Assembly (NCBI GenBank): GCA_913050645.1
Contig: CAJXAG010000003.1
Coordinates: 1 to 42,022 of the forward strand
DNA length: 42,022 bases
Source: an uncultured bacterium
GTDB taxonomy: Bacteria > Patescibacteriota > Minisyncoccia > Phycocordibacterales > UBA918
Direction of reading: 5' to 3'
In this document: one piece after another, positions 9,167 through 17,718 of the stretch
Layout of the letters: every line of letters starts with the position of its first letter
How positions within the stretch are numbered: position 1 is the stretch's first letter
Position numbers and translations under genes: made by a program
Notes under the pieces: generated by a model
What the model was told of the DNA's origin: nothing
The model's input: the letters and a program-made list of their open reading frames with translations, nothing else
Database searches by the model: none

Positions 9167-10027
9167 ATGGAACAAAAATACACAAACCAAAAAAATGATT
9201 CAGTTTGTGGAATGAATTTAGAAGGGCTGGATGATATTCCAGAGACCGTTCATAACGGTAACCAGTTTTTCTTTTGTGGAAATTTTTGTAAAAAACGATT
9301 TGAAAGTAACCCAGAAAAATTCCAAGGGACGCCGCTTATTGCCCTGAGGGAGGTGCGAAAGAGTTTTATAGTCGGCAATGTCGAGACCAAGGTGCTTAGA
9401 GGCCTTAATCTCAATATCTGGGAGGGTGATTTTGTAGCTATTGTCGGTTCAAGCGGCTCTGGCAAGAGTACGGCATTAAATATGATAGGGCTGCTTGATC
9501 GGCCTACGTCTGGTTCCATTTTACTGAACGGAGAGGATGTATCTGTGCTTGGGGACGATGTGCGAGCCGGATTTCGCTCACATACTTTTGGTTTTATTTT
9601 TCAACAGTACAACCTTATACCGTGGCTTACTGCGTATGAGAATGTAACGCTTCCTCTCATCTTTTCAAATAAAACAGCTGATTCAGGCACATTAGAGGCT
9701 CGTTTTCACGATTTTGGTCTTGCCGCACGCTTGGCACATAGACCTTTTGAACTTTCAGGAGGAGAACAGCAGCGCACAGCTCTTTTGCGGGCACTGGCTA
9801 ATGATCCTGAAATAATTTTGGGAGATGAACCAACTGGCAATCTTGATTCTGTAACCGGAAACAAAATTTTGGAAATATTGATAAATTTAAATAAAATCCA
9901 AAAGAAGACACTTATCATTGTCACGCACGATGATGATATTGCAGAAAAAGCGGATCAGGTTATTATTTTCAAAGATGGCCAGCTTGAACGTAACCACGAG
10001 GTGCAAAGAAAAATTTACACTGAATAA
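9167..10027 (+). CDS. ABC transporter ATPase (MacB/LolD type) with an N-terminal YHS domain
   Basis: DSVCGM...FFFCGNFCKKRFESNPEKF, then Walker A GSSGSGKS, LSGGEQQR and DEPTGNLD. Confidence 0.9.
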   Translation: MEQKYTNQKNDSVCGMNLEGLDDIPETVHNGNQFFFCGNFCKKRFESNPEKFQGTPLIALREVRKSFIVGNVETKVLRGLNLNIWEGDFVAIVGSSGSGKSTALNMIGLLDRPTSGSILLNGEDVSVLGDDVRAGFRSHTFGFIFQQYNLIPWLTAYENVTLPLIFSNKTADSGTLEARFHDFGLAARLAHRPFELSGGEQQRTALLRALANDPEIILGDEPTGNLDSVTGNKILEILINLNKIQKKTLIIVTHDDDIAEKADQVIIFKDGQLERNHEVQRKIYTE

Positions 10028-10029
10028 AT

Positions 10030-11235
10030 ATGTTTAAAAATTTCATCATTTTGACGTTAAAGGGAATCAGGTACAGGCCGATTAGAGGGTGGCTGACGAT
10101 TTTGGGTATTGTAATCGGCATTATGCTGGTGGTCATCATTCTCGCTTTGGGTGGCGGGATTCAAAGTGCTGTAAGTAAAACCCTCCAGATGTTTGGCTCT
10201 GATCTCATTATGATATTGCCCGGCAAAGAGAGTAACCCGCTTGTAGGGTTCTTAGGAGCTCAGAAATTTAAAGAAAGAGATTTAATGGATTTAGAAAATA
10301 TTCCGGGTGTAAGATTCGTCCTGCCGATGGAGATAGCAACGATAAACCTTGAATATAAAGGGGAGAAAAAATCTTCAATGGTCCACGCCTCGCCGTGGCG
10401 CGGTTTGAAGGAAACCTACGAAGAATCACAAGGCCTCAACCTGGAAAAAGGCAGATGGCCAACTGACGAAAGAGCAAGCGAAGTTGTTTTGGGCTATAAA
10501 GCGGTTAACAATCTTTTTAAAAACAAGATACAACTCGGAGATGAAATTATCATCAAATCAAAAAGAATGAAGGTCGTCGGCATTGTCTCTGAAGTAGGAG
10601 AACAGATGTCTGACAATATCATTTTTATATCGTTAGATATTTTCCGCGATATGACCGGTTCAAGAGGAACCGCCGGCTCGGCTTTTGTGAAGGCCGCGCC
10701 GGATGCGAATATTAACCTTGTTGCCAAACAAATAAAATTTCAACTCTCTAAGCAAGAGGTAGTACGCGATTTCTCCGTTTTAACACCAGAAAAATCCGAT
10801 CGATTGATCGGCAACGTACTTTCGATTATTGAGCTTGTCCTGCTGGTGGTTGCCTTAATCTCACTGATTGTTGGTGCAGTAGGAATTATGAACACAATGT
10901 ATACGTCTGTCTTGGAACGAACAAAGCAGATTGGCGTCATGAAAGCCATCGGTGCTTCAAGTGATGCTATTCTGTCACTATTTCTTATAGAATCAGGAAT
11001 GATAGGTCTCGTCGGGGGAATGCTAGGAATTATTTTCGGAATATTTTCCGCGTATCTCATCAGTTTAGCAGCTGCTGGCCTTGGTATTAGAGGGCTATTC
11101 TCTTTTGCTTCGTTGGATTTTCTCGGCTTCTTAGTGGTTTTGTTCCTCACCTTCATTATTGGGATAATAGCTGGAGCATTGCCGGCAAGACAGGCATCCA
11201 AAATGGAGCCAGCAGACGCACTGCGGTACGAGTGA
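10030..11235 (+). CDS. ABC transporter permease (MacB/FtsX family)
   Basis: LTILGIVIG, GIMNTMYTSVLERTKQIGVMKAIGA and PADALRYE. Confidence 0.92.
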   Translation: MFKNFIILTLKGIRYRPIRGWLTILGIVIGIMLVVIILALGGGIQSAVSKTLQMFGSDLIMILPGKESNPLVGFLGAQKFKERDLMDLENIPGVRFVLPMEIATINLEYKGEKKSSMVHASPWRGLKETYEESQGLNLEKGRWPTDERASEVVLGYKAVNNLFKNKIQLGDEIIIKSKRMKVVGIVSEVGEQMSDNIIFISLDIFRDMTGSRGTAGSAFVKAAPDANINLVAKQIKFQLSKQEVVRDFSVLTPEKSDRLIGNVLSIIELVLLVVALISLIVGAVGIMNTMYTSVLERTKQIGVMKAIGASSDAILSLFLIESGMIGLVGGMLGIIFGIFSAYLISLAAAGLGIRGLFSFASLDFLGFLVVLFLTFIIGIIAGALPARQASKMEPADALRYE

Positions 11236-11378
11236 CATGTTTAACCTCACAATTACATAGAGAAGCTAATAGGGGTGTTTCAGTAACATCGCGTACATGT
11301 GTCAACTTGTTATAATGAATTGAATGTCACTACGCGCTTTTATTTGATGATATATTCTATTTTGAGAGTTTTAAAATC

Positions 11379-11641
11379 ATGACCACTGCACTTCTTACAA
11401 GTATTATTATTGCTGGCATACTTGGCGTAATCCATTTCTGGAACGAGAAATTCGTATTGGCCGGTAGTAAACGCCAGTTGGCAGTTTCATTTGTCGCGGG
11501 TACCTTCCATTACCAATAGAAAAAAACCCGAAAGATGCAGATCAAATTAAGAAACAGTTGGGTAATGTCTTTAAGCAAAAGTGGGAAAGTCAAAAAGGAA
11601 TGGAGGCTATAACAAAACAATACGGAAGATTTACTACTTAA
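11379..11641 (+). pseudogene. Fused gene remnants: N-terminus of a membrane protein joined to the C-terminus of another gene
   Basis: MTTALLTSIIIAGILGVIHF...SFVAG stops at 11519; the overlapping frame YLPLPIEK...FTT stops at 11641 with no evident start. Confidence 0.4.
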
Positions 11642-11671
11642 TTTGATTAACTCTGAAGAGTCTAGCATTGC

Positions 11672-11708
11672 AACAATAAAACCACCCATATAGGGTGGTT
11701 TTATTGTT
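11672..11708. terminator. Bidirectional intrinsic terminator
   Basis: AACAATAAAACCACCC-atata-GGGTGGTTTTATTGTT. Confidence 0.8.
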
Positions 11709-11775
11709 TAGCACTGTTCGTGAGTCTCTTCTGAGCTAATCGAGCATTTTAGCCCTCTCAGTAGGTCTCGCTACG

Positions 11776-11850
11776 TGGTGCCCCTACTAGGAATCGAACC
11801 CAGATCAAGAGCTTAGAAGTCTCCTGTTTTATCCATTAAACTATAGGGGC
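11776..11850 (-). tRNA. tRNA-Arg(TCT)
   Basis: GCCCCTA acceptor stem, CTTCTAA anticodon loop, GGTTCGATTCC T-arm and encoded CCA. Confidence 0.95.
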
Positions 11851-11981
11851 AGTTACTACTGCATCGTGCAGTGGCAATACAATACCAGAAGTTTTCTAAT
11901 ATATAAACAAAAGAAAAGAGCGGCCCAGACATTCCAATGAAATGATGATGCGAACGTGGGCGCGCTCTACGTTGTGCCGCT

Positions 11982-12113
11982 TCAGTGAAGCGGGTATTCT
12001 TTTGCAGCTTTTTCAAACTCAGACCCCCCTTCAGTGAGCGTTCCTTGATGGATAGCTTTCCAGAGGTTGGGGTGGTGAAATTTGAGCAGCTCGTGTTTGC
12101 TTAGGGCATGCAT
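11982..12113 (-). CDS. Small 43-aa hypothetical protein (below the ORF-track cutoff)
   Basis: Strong AAAGGAGG SD before the ATG; MHALSKHELLKFHHPNLWKAIHQG...; followed by a hairpin and U-tract. Confidence 0.5.
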   Translation of the reverse strand: MHALSKHELLKFHHPNLWKAIHQGTLTEGGSEFEKAAKEYPLH

Positions 12114-12255
12114 ATCGATTCCTCCTTTGTGCAGTGACCTAATCTCACTATACCTCTATACAAGGATTAAAAATGTGGTGTGGTGTGGATAAGTGTCATG
12201 AAGCATGGTTCTATAGGTACAATAAAAAGAAGGTTATAAGATAATTTCAATTCAT

Positions 12256-12495
12256 ATGGAATTAGTATACTTTGTGCTCGTAGGTGCTATTGCAGGTTTT
12301 CTTGCAAGTAAAATGATGAAAATGGAGTCAAATCTCGTGATGGCCATTGTGGTCGGTATCGTTGGTGGCTTCGTAGGAGGCTGGGGCTTGGGACAGCTTG
12401 GGCTTATGCTTCCGTGGGGTATGGTTGGAGAAATTATTACTGCTGCGTTAGGTGCGGTGGTACTTCTGTATCTTTATAAACTGGTGGCAAAATAG
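12256..12495 (+). CDS. GlsB/YeaQ/YmgE (transglycosylase-associated) membrane protein
   Basis: GAIAGFLA, IVVGIVGGFVGG and GAVVLL pattern; 79 aa. Confidence 0.9.
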   Translation: MELVYFVLVGAIAGFLASKMMKMESNLVMAIVVGIVGGFVGGWGLGQLGLMLPWGMVGEIITAALGAVVLLYLYKLVAK

Positions 12496-12502
12496 CTATT
12501 GT

Positions 12503-12546
12503 ACCAAATAAAAAACGCAGCTGTGTCGCTGCGTTTTTTATTTGGT
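12503..12546 (+). terminator. Intrinsic terminator
   Basis: 19-bp inverted repeat with a T-tract. Confidence 0.8.
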
Positions 12547-12625
12547 GTAGTAGATTTGTCTTTTGATCACTAGTAAAGCGTAAAGATTCGTGTACAGTAA
12601 TATATAGATTAAACAGGAGGTAATC

Positions 12626-12904
12626 ATGTTTTCAAAATTGTTCCCCTGGGCGTTCTTCTTTAACTGGATGCCCTATCCTCGCCGATTTTGGGTTCTCGGG
12701 CCGTTTACACAACTGTTTTATGTTCCGTTGTATCGTACATATGAGGCAGCAGTAGTTTCCTACTATAAGAAACAACTACGTGAACTCGATTTCTGGTATG
12801 CGATGTCCGAGGCAAGTAAAGAACTTATCCGTCGCCGTGAGCTTGCACGTGAGCAGGGTATTGGCCCCGCGGATCCCGAGTATCCTAATCTGCATGATGT
12901 TTAG
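12626..12904 (+). CDS. Hypothetical protein
   Basis: 92-aa ORF with AGGAGG SD and a downstream terminator. Confidence 0.65.
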   Translation: MFSKLFPWAFFFNWMPYPRRFWVLGPFTQLFYVPLYRTYEAAVVSYYKKQLRELDFWYAMSEASKELIRRRELAREQGIGPADPEYPNLHDV

Positions 12905-12932
12905 AAGACCAACTTTAAGCATCTATAAAAAG

Positions 12933-12958
12933 AAAACCCGCCAAATCTGGCGGGTTTT
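12933..12958. terminator. Bidirectional terminator between convergent genes
   Basis: AAAACCCGCCA-aatc-TGGCGGGTTTT. Confidence 0.8.
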
Positions 12959-12968
12959 GTTTAGGTGC

Positions 12969-13622
12969 TTAACCAACAACCCTAAAGGCAATAATGTTCC
13001 ATCCGCTTTTCGGATCATCTGGTGGTCGATGACGCCAGCAAACCTGTGGCCATTGTTTGGCACGTACGGGGGCTCTAGGAATGCCACTTTGTACCTCCAC
13101 TGCGACTATTGCGTCTGGGGCAACCGGCCGGTCCCCACCTGTCCAAGGGATCATTCCATCTTTTCGAGGTTTCAGTTTTGTCACTGCGTCACCAGTTTTG
13201 ATGATGCCGCTGCTAACTACGTCGGCAATCAAACCACCGCGATCGAAGAACACTTTACGAAAACTGTCGGTGATACCTGCAAGCTTGCTGGGTCGTTGGC
13301 AGGGGTCACAATACCGTACCCCTTGAAACGTTACTGCTCCGACGGTGAACATTTGACCGATAAGATCCATCAGCTCAATATCATGAGTGATGAAGTTTCG
13401 TCGTGCATCGGCGTATTTGAATTCGGTCCTTTCAAAAAAGATACCGTTGATCAACGTTACTTGTCGATGGCCTGGCTTGCCTTTGTTCCAGCTACCAGCA
13501 CCTCCATGGTACCGGTCTCCGACCAGGCCCATGCCTGCTTCAGCATAAACTTCATCGATGGTCTTGAGCTCCTCGCCAGCTTCTGGTGCAATACAAATTG
13601 CGGTGACTGTGCCGTTTGGCAT
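12969..13622 (-). CDS. MOSC domain protein with an extra C-terminal domain
   Basis: GLVGDRY, RQVTLI, RRN, CDPC and GGL..V...G.I..GD motifs; GAAAGGA SD before ATG 13622. Confidence 0.85.
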   Translation of the reverse strand: MPNGTVTAICIAPEAGEELKTIDEVYAEAGMGLVGDRYHGGAGSWNKGKPGHRQVTLINGIFFERTEFKYADARRNFITHDIELMDLIGQMFTVGAVTFQGVRYCDPCQRPSKLAGITDSFRKVFFDRGGLIADVVSSGIIKTGDAVTKLKPRKDGMIPWTGGDRPVAPDAIVAVEVQSGIPRAPVRAKQWPQVCWRHRPPDDPKSGWNIIAFRVVG

Positions 13623-13759
13623 GATGTTTCCTTTCAAGCGGGTTGATTTCTGCTTGTACTGTACTGGAATATCTAAAAGAGGCAAGGGGTTGGGGTGATG
13701 TGAACACTTTTTATATTGAAAGAAAGAGCCTACCCACGGTTGTGGATAGGCCGGAGGGG

Positions 13760-14284
13760 CTATCTGTCAGGATCGTTCATAACAAACCCACCTCTGTAGT
13801 AATGGTGGCCTATGGCATGATCACCCCCATTTGGGTAAATTTCGTAGACTGTTTCTTTCCCGCAGAAGTCTGCAAAATTATTTTTCTCAACGCGATTTTC
13901 GTAGGAAAATACACCTTCTTTGTATGCGGCTGGTCCTCGACCTCCTAACCATATGCCCTGGGTATAATTTCTCTCAAGCATCTTGCGTAGGAAAGGAATT
14001 ACTCGATTTGGGTACTGACCACCATATTGCATCTCCCAAATCAGATGCCCTCGGTAGTAAATAGAAGTGACTCCGTTACTACCTTCACCGAGATCAGTAG
14101 TTCTCCATTCGTCGATTCCATACCAACCTGAGAGACCTTCCCAGGTGTTACGTTTGGTTCCTGGGTCACCAGGGAATCGTTCTACTTTCTTCGGTTCGAC
14201 ATCGACTGCATAACCAGCCATTAACAGTGCAAAAAAGGCTTGCTGGCATCTTACACGAGGTAGTGGTATTTCCAATTTGGTCAT
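13760..14284 (-). CDS. DUF5680-like protein
   Basis: IWEMQYGG, FLR, RGP, F.G.E and Y.GG pattern; GGAGG SD. Confidence 0.7.
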   Translation of the reverse strand: MTKLEIPLPRVRCQQAFFALLMAGYAVDVEPKKVERFPGDPGTKRNTWEGLSGWYGIDEWRTTDLGEGSNGVTSIYYRGHLIWEMQYGGQYPNRVIPFLRKMLERNYTQGIWLGGRGPAAYKEGVFSYENRVEKNNFADFCGKETVYEIYPNGGDHAIGHHYYRGGFVMNDPDR

Positions 14285-14398
14285 TACATTCCTCCAAGTG
14301 TTTAGCTATCTGTAACTAAATTACCTGAAAGTTCGATAATAGCAAGTTTTTGAGAGACGTGGCAAAAGTTATTGAGTTTCTTTGTGGTCACGAGTTAT

Positions 14399-14559
14399 TG
14401 AGAGACTTGGTCCCTACAGGACCTGTACACCTTTTGGGTATTTCTGTTCGTCCCTCCAGAAATTCCACAAAAGCTTTTCAAGTCTCCCGTAACAGTGTCT
14501 ACACACTGTTACTTCATCGCGCACAAATGAAAAACACCCCGGAGGATGTTTTTGATTTG
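14399..14559 (-). other. Structured 3' trailer of tRNA-Val containing anti-tRNA segments
   Basis: 15-bp inverted repeat with the tRNA 3' end, an anti-T-arm segment and a 10-nt direct repeat of the T-arm. Confidence 0.6.
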
Positions 14560-14632
14560 TGCGCGATGAGAGACTTGAACTCCCGGCCTTCTCCGTGTAA
14601 AGGAGCTGCTCTACCAACTGAGCTAATCGCGC
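14560..14632 (-). tRNA. tRNA-Val(TAC)
   Basis: GCGCGAT acceptor stem, AGCTCAGTTGGTAGAGC D-arm, TTTACAC loop and GTTCAAGTC; no encoded CCA. Confidence 0.95.
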
Positions 14633-14724
14633 ATGTATTAATTTGTGCGTGGCAGTATAACGTGTTTATGGAAACTTGTCTACACATGAACAGCGAATAT
14701 ATACGTTTATGATATACTTTCTAT

Positions 14725-15384
14725 ATGAAAGCTGAAGAGAAGAAAAAAGCAATTCAGATGCGCAAGAAAGGAGTCGCTATGGGTGAGATAGCGAAAGAGC
14801 TTGGTGTTGCAAAAAGTAGTGTGAGCTATTGGGTGCGGGGTATTCAGTTGACTGCTGCGCAGCGCAATAAACTAAATGCAAATGGTCACAGTGTGGATGC
14901 GATTGAAAAAAGAAGACTTTCACGTCTGGCAAATCTCACCCAAAAGAGGAATGAAATTATGGAACGTGCCATGAAGGAAGCTGCTGTGCTTTCAAGTAAC
15001 TCACTATGGTGTGTCGGTGTTGCATTGTATTGGGGAGAGGGTGGTAAGACACAAAATGCGACACGCATAGCAAATAGTGATCCCGAGGTTATTGCACTGA
15101 TGATGCGATTTTTTCGGAAAGTATGTGAAGTGGAGGAAGGTAAGTTTCATGGTCATATACACACCTTTGCACATTGTGACGAGAAGAAAGCAGAACGATA
15201 TTGGTCGAGTGTGTCGGGAATCAGTCAGTCGTGCTTTTTTAAGACGTACAAAAAACAGAGTAGTGCTAGTAAAAAGAAGCGAGATACGTTACCGTATGGT
15301 ACGTTTCAGATTTACGTCCATGATACTAACTTCTTTTTTCGGATGATGGGGTGGATTGAGTATTTAAAACAAAACGAACTATGA
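14725..15384 (+). CDS. HTH plus LAGLIDADG-like domain protein
   Basis: IAKELGVAKSSVSYW HTH; LYWGEG..NSDP degenerate LAGLIDADG-like module. Confidence 0.7.
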   Translation: MKAEEKKKAIQMRKKGVAMGEIAKELGVAKSSVSYWVRGIQLTAAQRNKLNANGHSVDAIEKRRLSRLANLTQKRNEIMERAMKEAAVLSSNSLWCVGVALYWGEGGKTQNATRIANSDPEVIALMMRFFRKVCEVEEGKFHGHIHTFAHCDEKKAERYWSSVSGISQSCFFKTYKKQSSASKKKRDTLPYGTFQIYVHDTNFFFRMMGWIEYLKQNEL

Positions 15385-15521
15385 TGGAAATGAATTGTGT
15401 GATCACTGGTAAGGTGAGAAAGTCTGGGAGACTTTCGCAAGACCTTGACTACTATTTCAGGAATGCATGGACTGAAATAGTGACAAGGTGTACAGCATCT
15501 GTAAGATGCAAGGGATTTTAA
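15381..15521 (+). pseudogene. Short ORF beginning with an acylphosphatase N-terminal remnant
   Basis: MMEMNCVITGKV resembles the downstream MKSEINCVISGRV. Confidence 0.5.
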
Positions 15522-15522
15522 T

Positions 15523-15798
15523 ATGAAAAGCGAAATCAATTGTGTAATAAGTGGTCGTGTTCAAGGTGTTTCTTTCCGTGCGTATGCACAAGACTCGGCC
15601 GATGAGCTTGGTCTTTGTGGTTGGGTGAAGAATCATGACGATGCCTCGGTACTAGTCTGTGCGCAGGGTGACCGTGATCTGCTCAAAGAATATGTTGAGT
15701 ACTTGCACGAAGGATCACTACGCGCAGAGGTTGCTGCGGTGTCTGTTGAATGGGGTACACCCCAGGTGGTATTTCCGGAGTTTTCCATTAAGCACTAA
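15523..15798 (+). CDS. acyP: Acylphosphatase
   Basis: SGRVQGVSFR and GWVKN motifs. Confidence 0.95.
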   Translation: MKSEINCVISGRVQGVSFRAYAQDSADELGLCGWVKNHDDASVLVCAQGDRDLLKEYVEYLHEGSLRAEVAAVSVEWGTPQVVFPEFSIKH

Positions 15799-15802
15799 CA
15801 GT

Positions 15803-16843
15803 ATGCAACAGGTTATCGATCTATTCTCTGAGTATACAAAAGAAGTTGATGTATATATGAACGATGTGCTCACAAAGCATGCTGATATTTCACTGTATAA
15901 GCACCTATCGTATTTTCTTGGATTTTTAGACGAAGAACTGCAGCCGGTGCAAGCATATGCAGGGAAGCGGATGCGCGCGGGACTCTGCATGCTGCTTGCG
16001 GACTGGTATGGCAGCAAAAAAGAGGCTCTATCTGTGGCTGCATCGATCGAACTCTTTCACAATTTTACACTCATTCATGATGACATTGTTGACGAAGACG
16101 CGGTGCGGCGCGGTCGACCTACAGTCTGGAAACTCTTCGGTGTTGACCATGCGATTAACAGCGGTGATGCGCAGTTACTTATTGCACTACAGGTCGTTAC
16201 AAATGCTACTGACCTGTCTGACCAGCAAAAGGTTGCACTTAACTCATTTTTAACGAAACAGTATTTGCGGGTTGTTGAGGGTCAATATCTCGATTTTTCA
16301 TTAACTAAAAAAACGCTTGAGGACGGAGTTTCAGAAGAGGAATATTACAAAATGATCGGCCGAAAGACTGCTGATTTGATTGCTGCATCGACGCAGGCTG
16401 CAGGTGTAGTTGCTCAAAAAAGGGATGCGGAGTTAGAGGCTTTGTTTGCGTATGGACACAGTGTAGGTATGGCGTACCAGCTGTGTGATGATCTTGTGTC
16501 TATTTGGGGATCACAAGAGCAGACCGGGAAGCGTGCGTATGGTGATCTACTTGAAAAGAAAAAGACGTTGCCGGTCATTCATTTATATGAGAAGGCATCG
16601 CAGGATGTACAGGAGCGACTGCGTGCGATATATGCACCAGATACTGTAGTGTCGCAGGAACATGCACAAGAAATTGTTAAAATACTTGAAGTTGCGAGAG
16701 TACGTATATATGTAGAAGAGAAAGTTGTAGAGTATGTTCGCAAGGCGAAAGACTCTACGCACGTGCTTTCAATAACACCAGAGCAAAAAGAGCAGCTGTG
16801 TCGACTTGTCGATGATGTATTACCGATTACAATAAATATATAA
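15803..16843 (+). CDS. Polyprenyl diphosphate synthase
   Basis: GKR, LIHDDIVD..RRG, GQ and KT motifs; ATG at 15803. Confidence 0.92.
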   Translation: MQQVIDLFSEYTKEVDVYMNDVLTKHADISLYKHLSYFLGFLDEELQPVQAYAGKRMRAGLCMLLADWYGSKKEALSVAASIELFHNFTLIHDDIVDEDAVRRGRPTVWKLFGVDHAINSGDAQLLIALQVVTNATDLSDQQKVALNSFLTKQYLRVVEGQYLDFSLTKKTLEDGVSEEEYYKMIGRKTADLIAASTQAAGVVAQKRDAELEALFAYGHSVGMAYQLCDDLVSIWGSQEQTGKRAYGDLLEKKKTLPVIHLYEKASQDVQERLRAIYAPDTVVSQEHAQEIVKILEVARVRIYVEEKVVEYVRKAKDSTHVLSITPEQKEQLCRLVDDVLPITINI

Positions 16844-16848
16844 ACAGT

Positions 16849-17625
16849 ATGTTTGGTTTTGGAAAACAGAAAGAAGCTCTATTGGATATAGAAATACTTT
16901 TTGAGAATGATGATGTGGTTGTAATCAATAAACCTGAGGGGGTGATGGTGCATCCCGATGGACATCATGAGGGAGCGACAGTTGTCGATTGGTTTTTAGA
17001 AAAGTATCCTGACGCAAAAGGAGTTGGTGAGCCACAAAAGAATAATAAAGGAGAAGAACTCGAACGATCAGGTGTGGTGCATCGACTGGATACTGATACT
17101 TCTGGTGTGTTGATTCTTGCAAAAACACAAGAAGCATTTGAACATCTAAAGAGCCAGTTTCATGATCGACAGGCAAAGAAAGAGTATCGTGCGTTTGTGT
17201 ATGGTCCAGTGCGCGAGAAGTGGGGGACGATTAACAAAGCAATCGGTCGCAGTCCAAAAGATTTTCGTAAACGTCTAGCAACACAAGGTGCAAAAGGCAC
17301 ACTGCGTGACGCGGTAACTGATTGGGAATGTATAGGGCAGGGACGGTTTGAAGACCAAGACTTTTCATATATGAAGCTTAAGCCGAAGACAGGGCGGACG
17401 CATCAGATCCGGGTGCACTTGCGCGCTATTGAGCGCCCGGTGGTGGGGGACACGCTCTATGCAGAGCATATGATGGAGCAGTCAAACAACCTCGGTCTTG
17501 ATCGTATGGCGCTGCATGCGCATACGCTTGAGATTATGCTGCCCGATGGTGAGATGCAGCGGTTTATCGCACCACTGCCAGCGTGTTTCGAAGAAGCAGC
17601 TGAAAGACTAGCTGAGGAGATATAA
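16849..17625 (+). CDS. RluA family pseudouridine synthase
   Basis: NKPEG, VHRLDTDTSG and TGRTHQIRVH. Confidence 0.95.
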   Translation: MFGFGKQKEALLDIEILFENDDVVVINKPEGVMVHPDGHHEGATVVDWFLEKYPDAKGVGEPQKNNKGEELERSGVVHRLDTDTSGVLILAKTQEAFEHLKSQFHDRQAKKEYRAFVYGPVREKWGTINKAIGRSPKDFRKRLATQGAKGTLRDAVTDWECIGQGRFEDQDFSYMKLKPKTGRTHQIRVHLRAIERPVVGDTLYAEHMMEQSNNLGLDRMALHAHTLEIMLPDGEMQRFIAPLPACFEEAAERLAEEI

Positions 17626-17718
17626 AAGCCCTAAAAGGACTTCCTTTTTCTAGACTGTTGTGGTAGATTAGGGCACGTTTTATTGCGACTTCTAAAGCAT
17701 TTAACAGTAGATATATTT

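Larger units (their letters stand above)
1..11775. mobile_element. Accessory/defence genomic island adjacent to the tRNA-Arg 3' end (left boundary probably outside the window)
   Basis: Serine recombinase, TA module, nucleases, truncated genes and AT-rich appearance, ending at the tRNA 3' end; no att duplication seen in the window. Confidence 0.55.

Noticed and set aside
11776-11800. att-site duplication of the tRNA-Arg 3' end
   Set aside because: No second copy noticed in the window; it may lie to the left of position 1, and serine recombinases need not target tRNAs
12780-13646. 288-aa plus-strand ORF
   Set aside because: Antisense shadow of the MOSC gene and runs through a terminator
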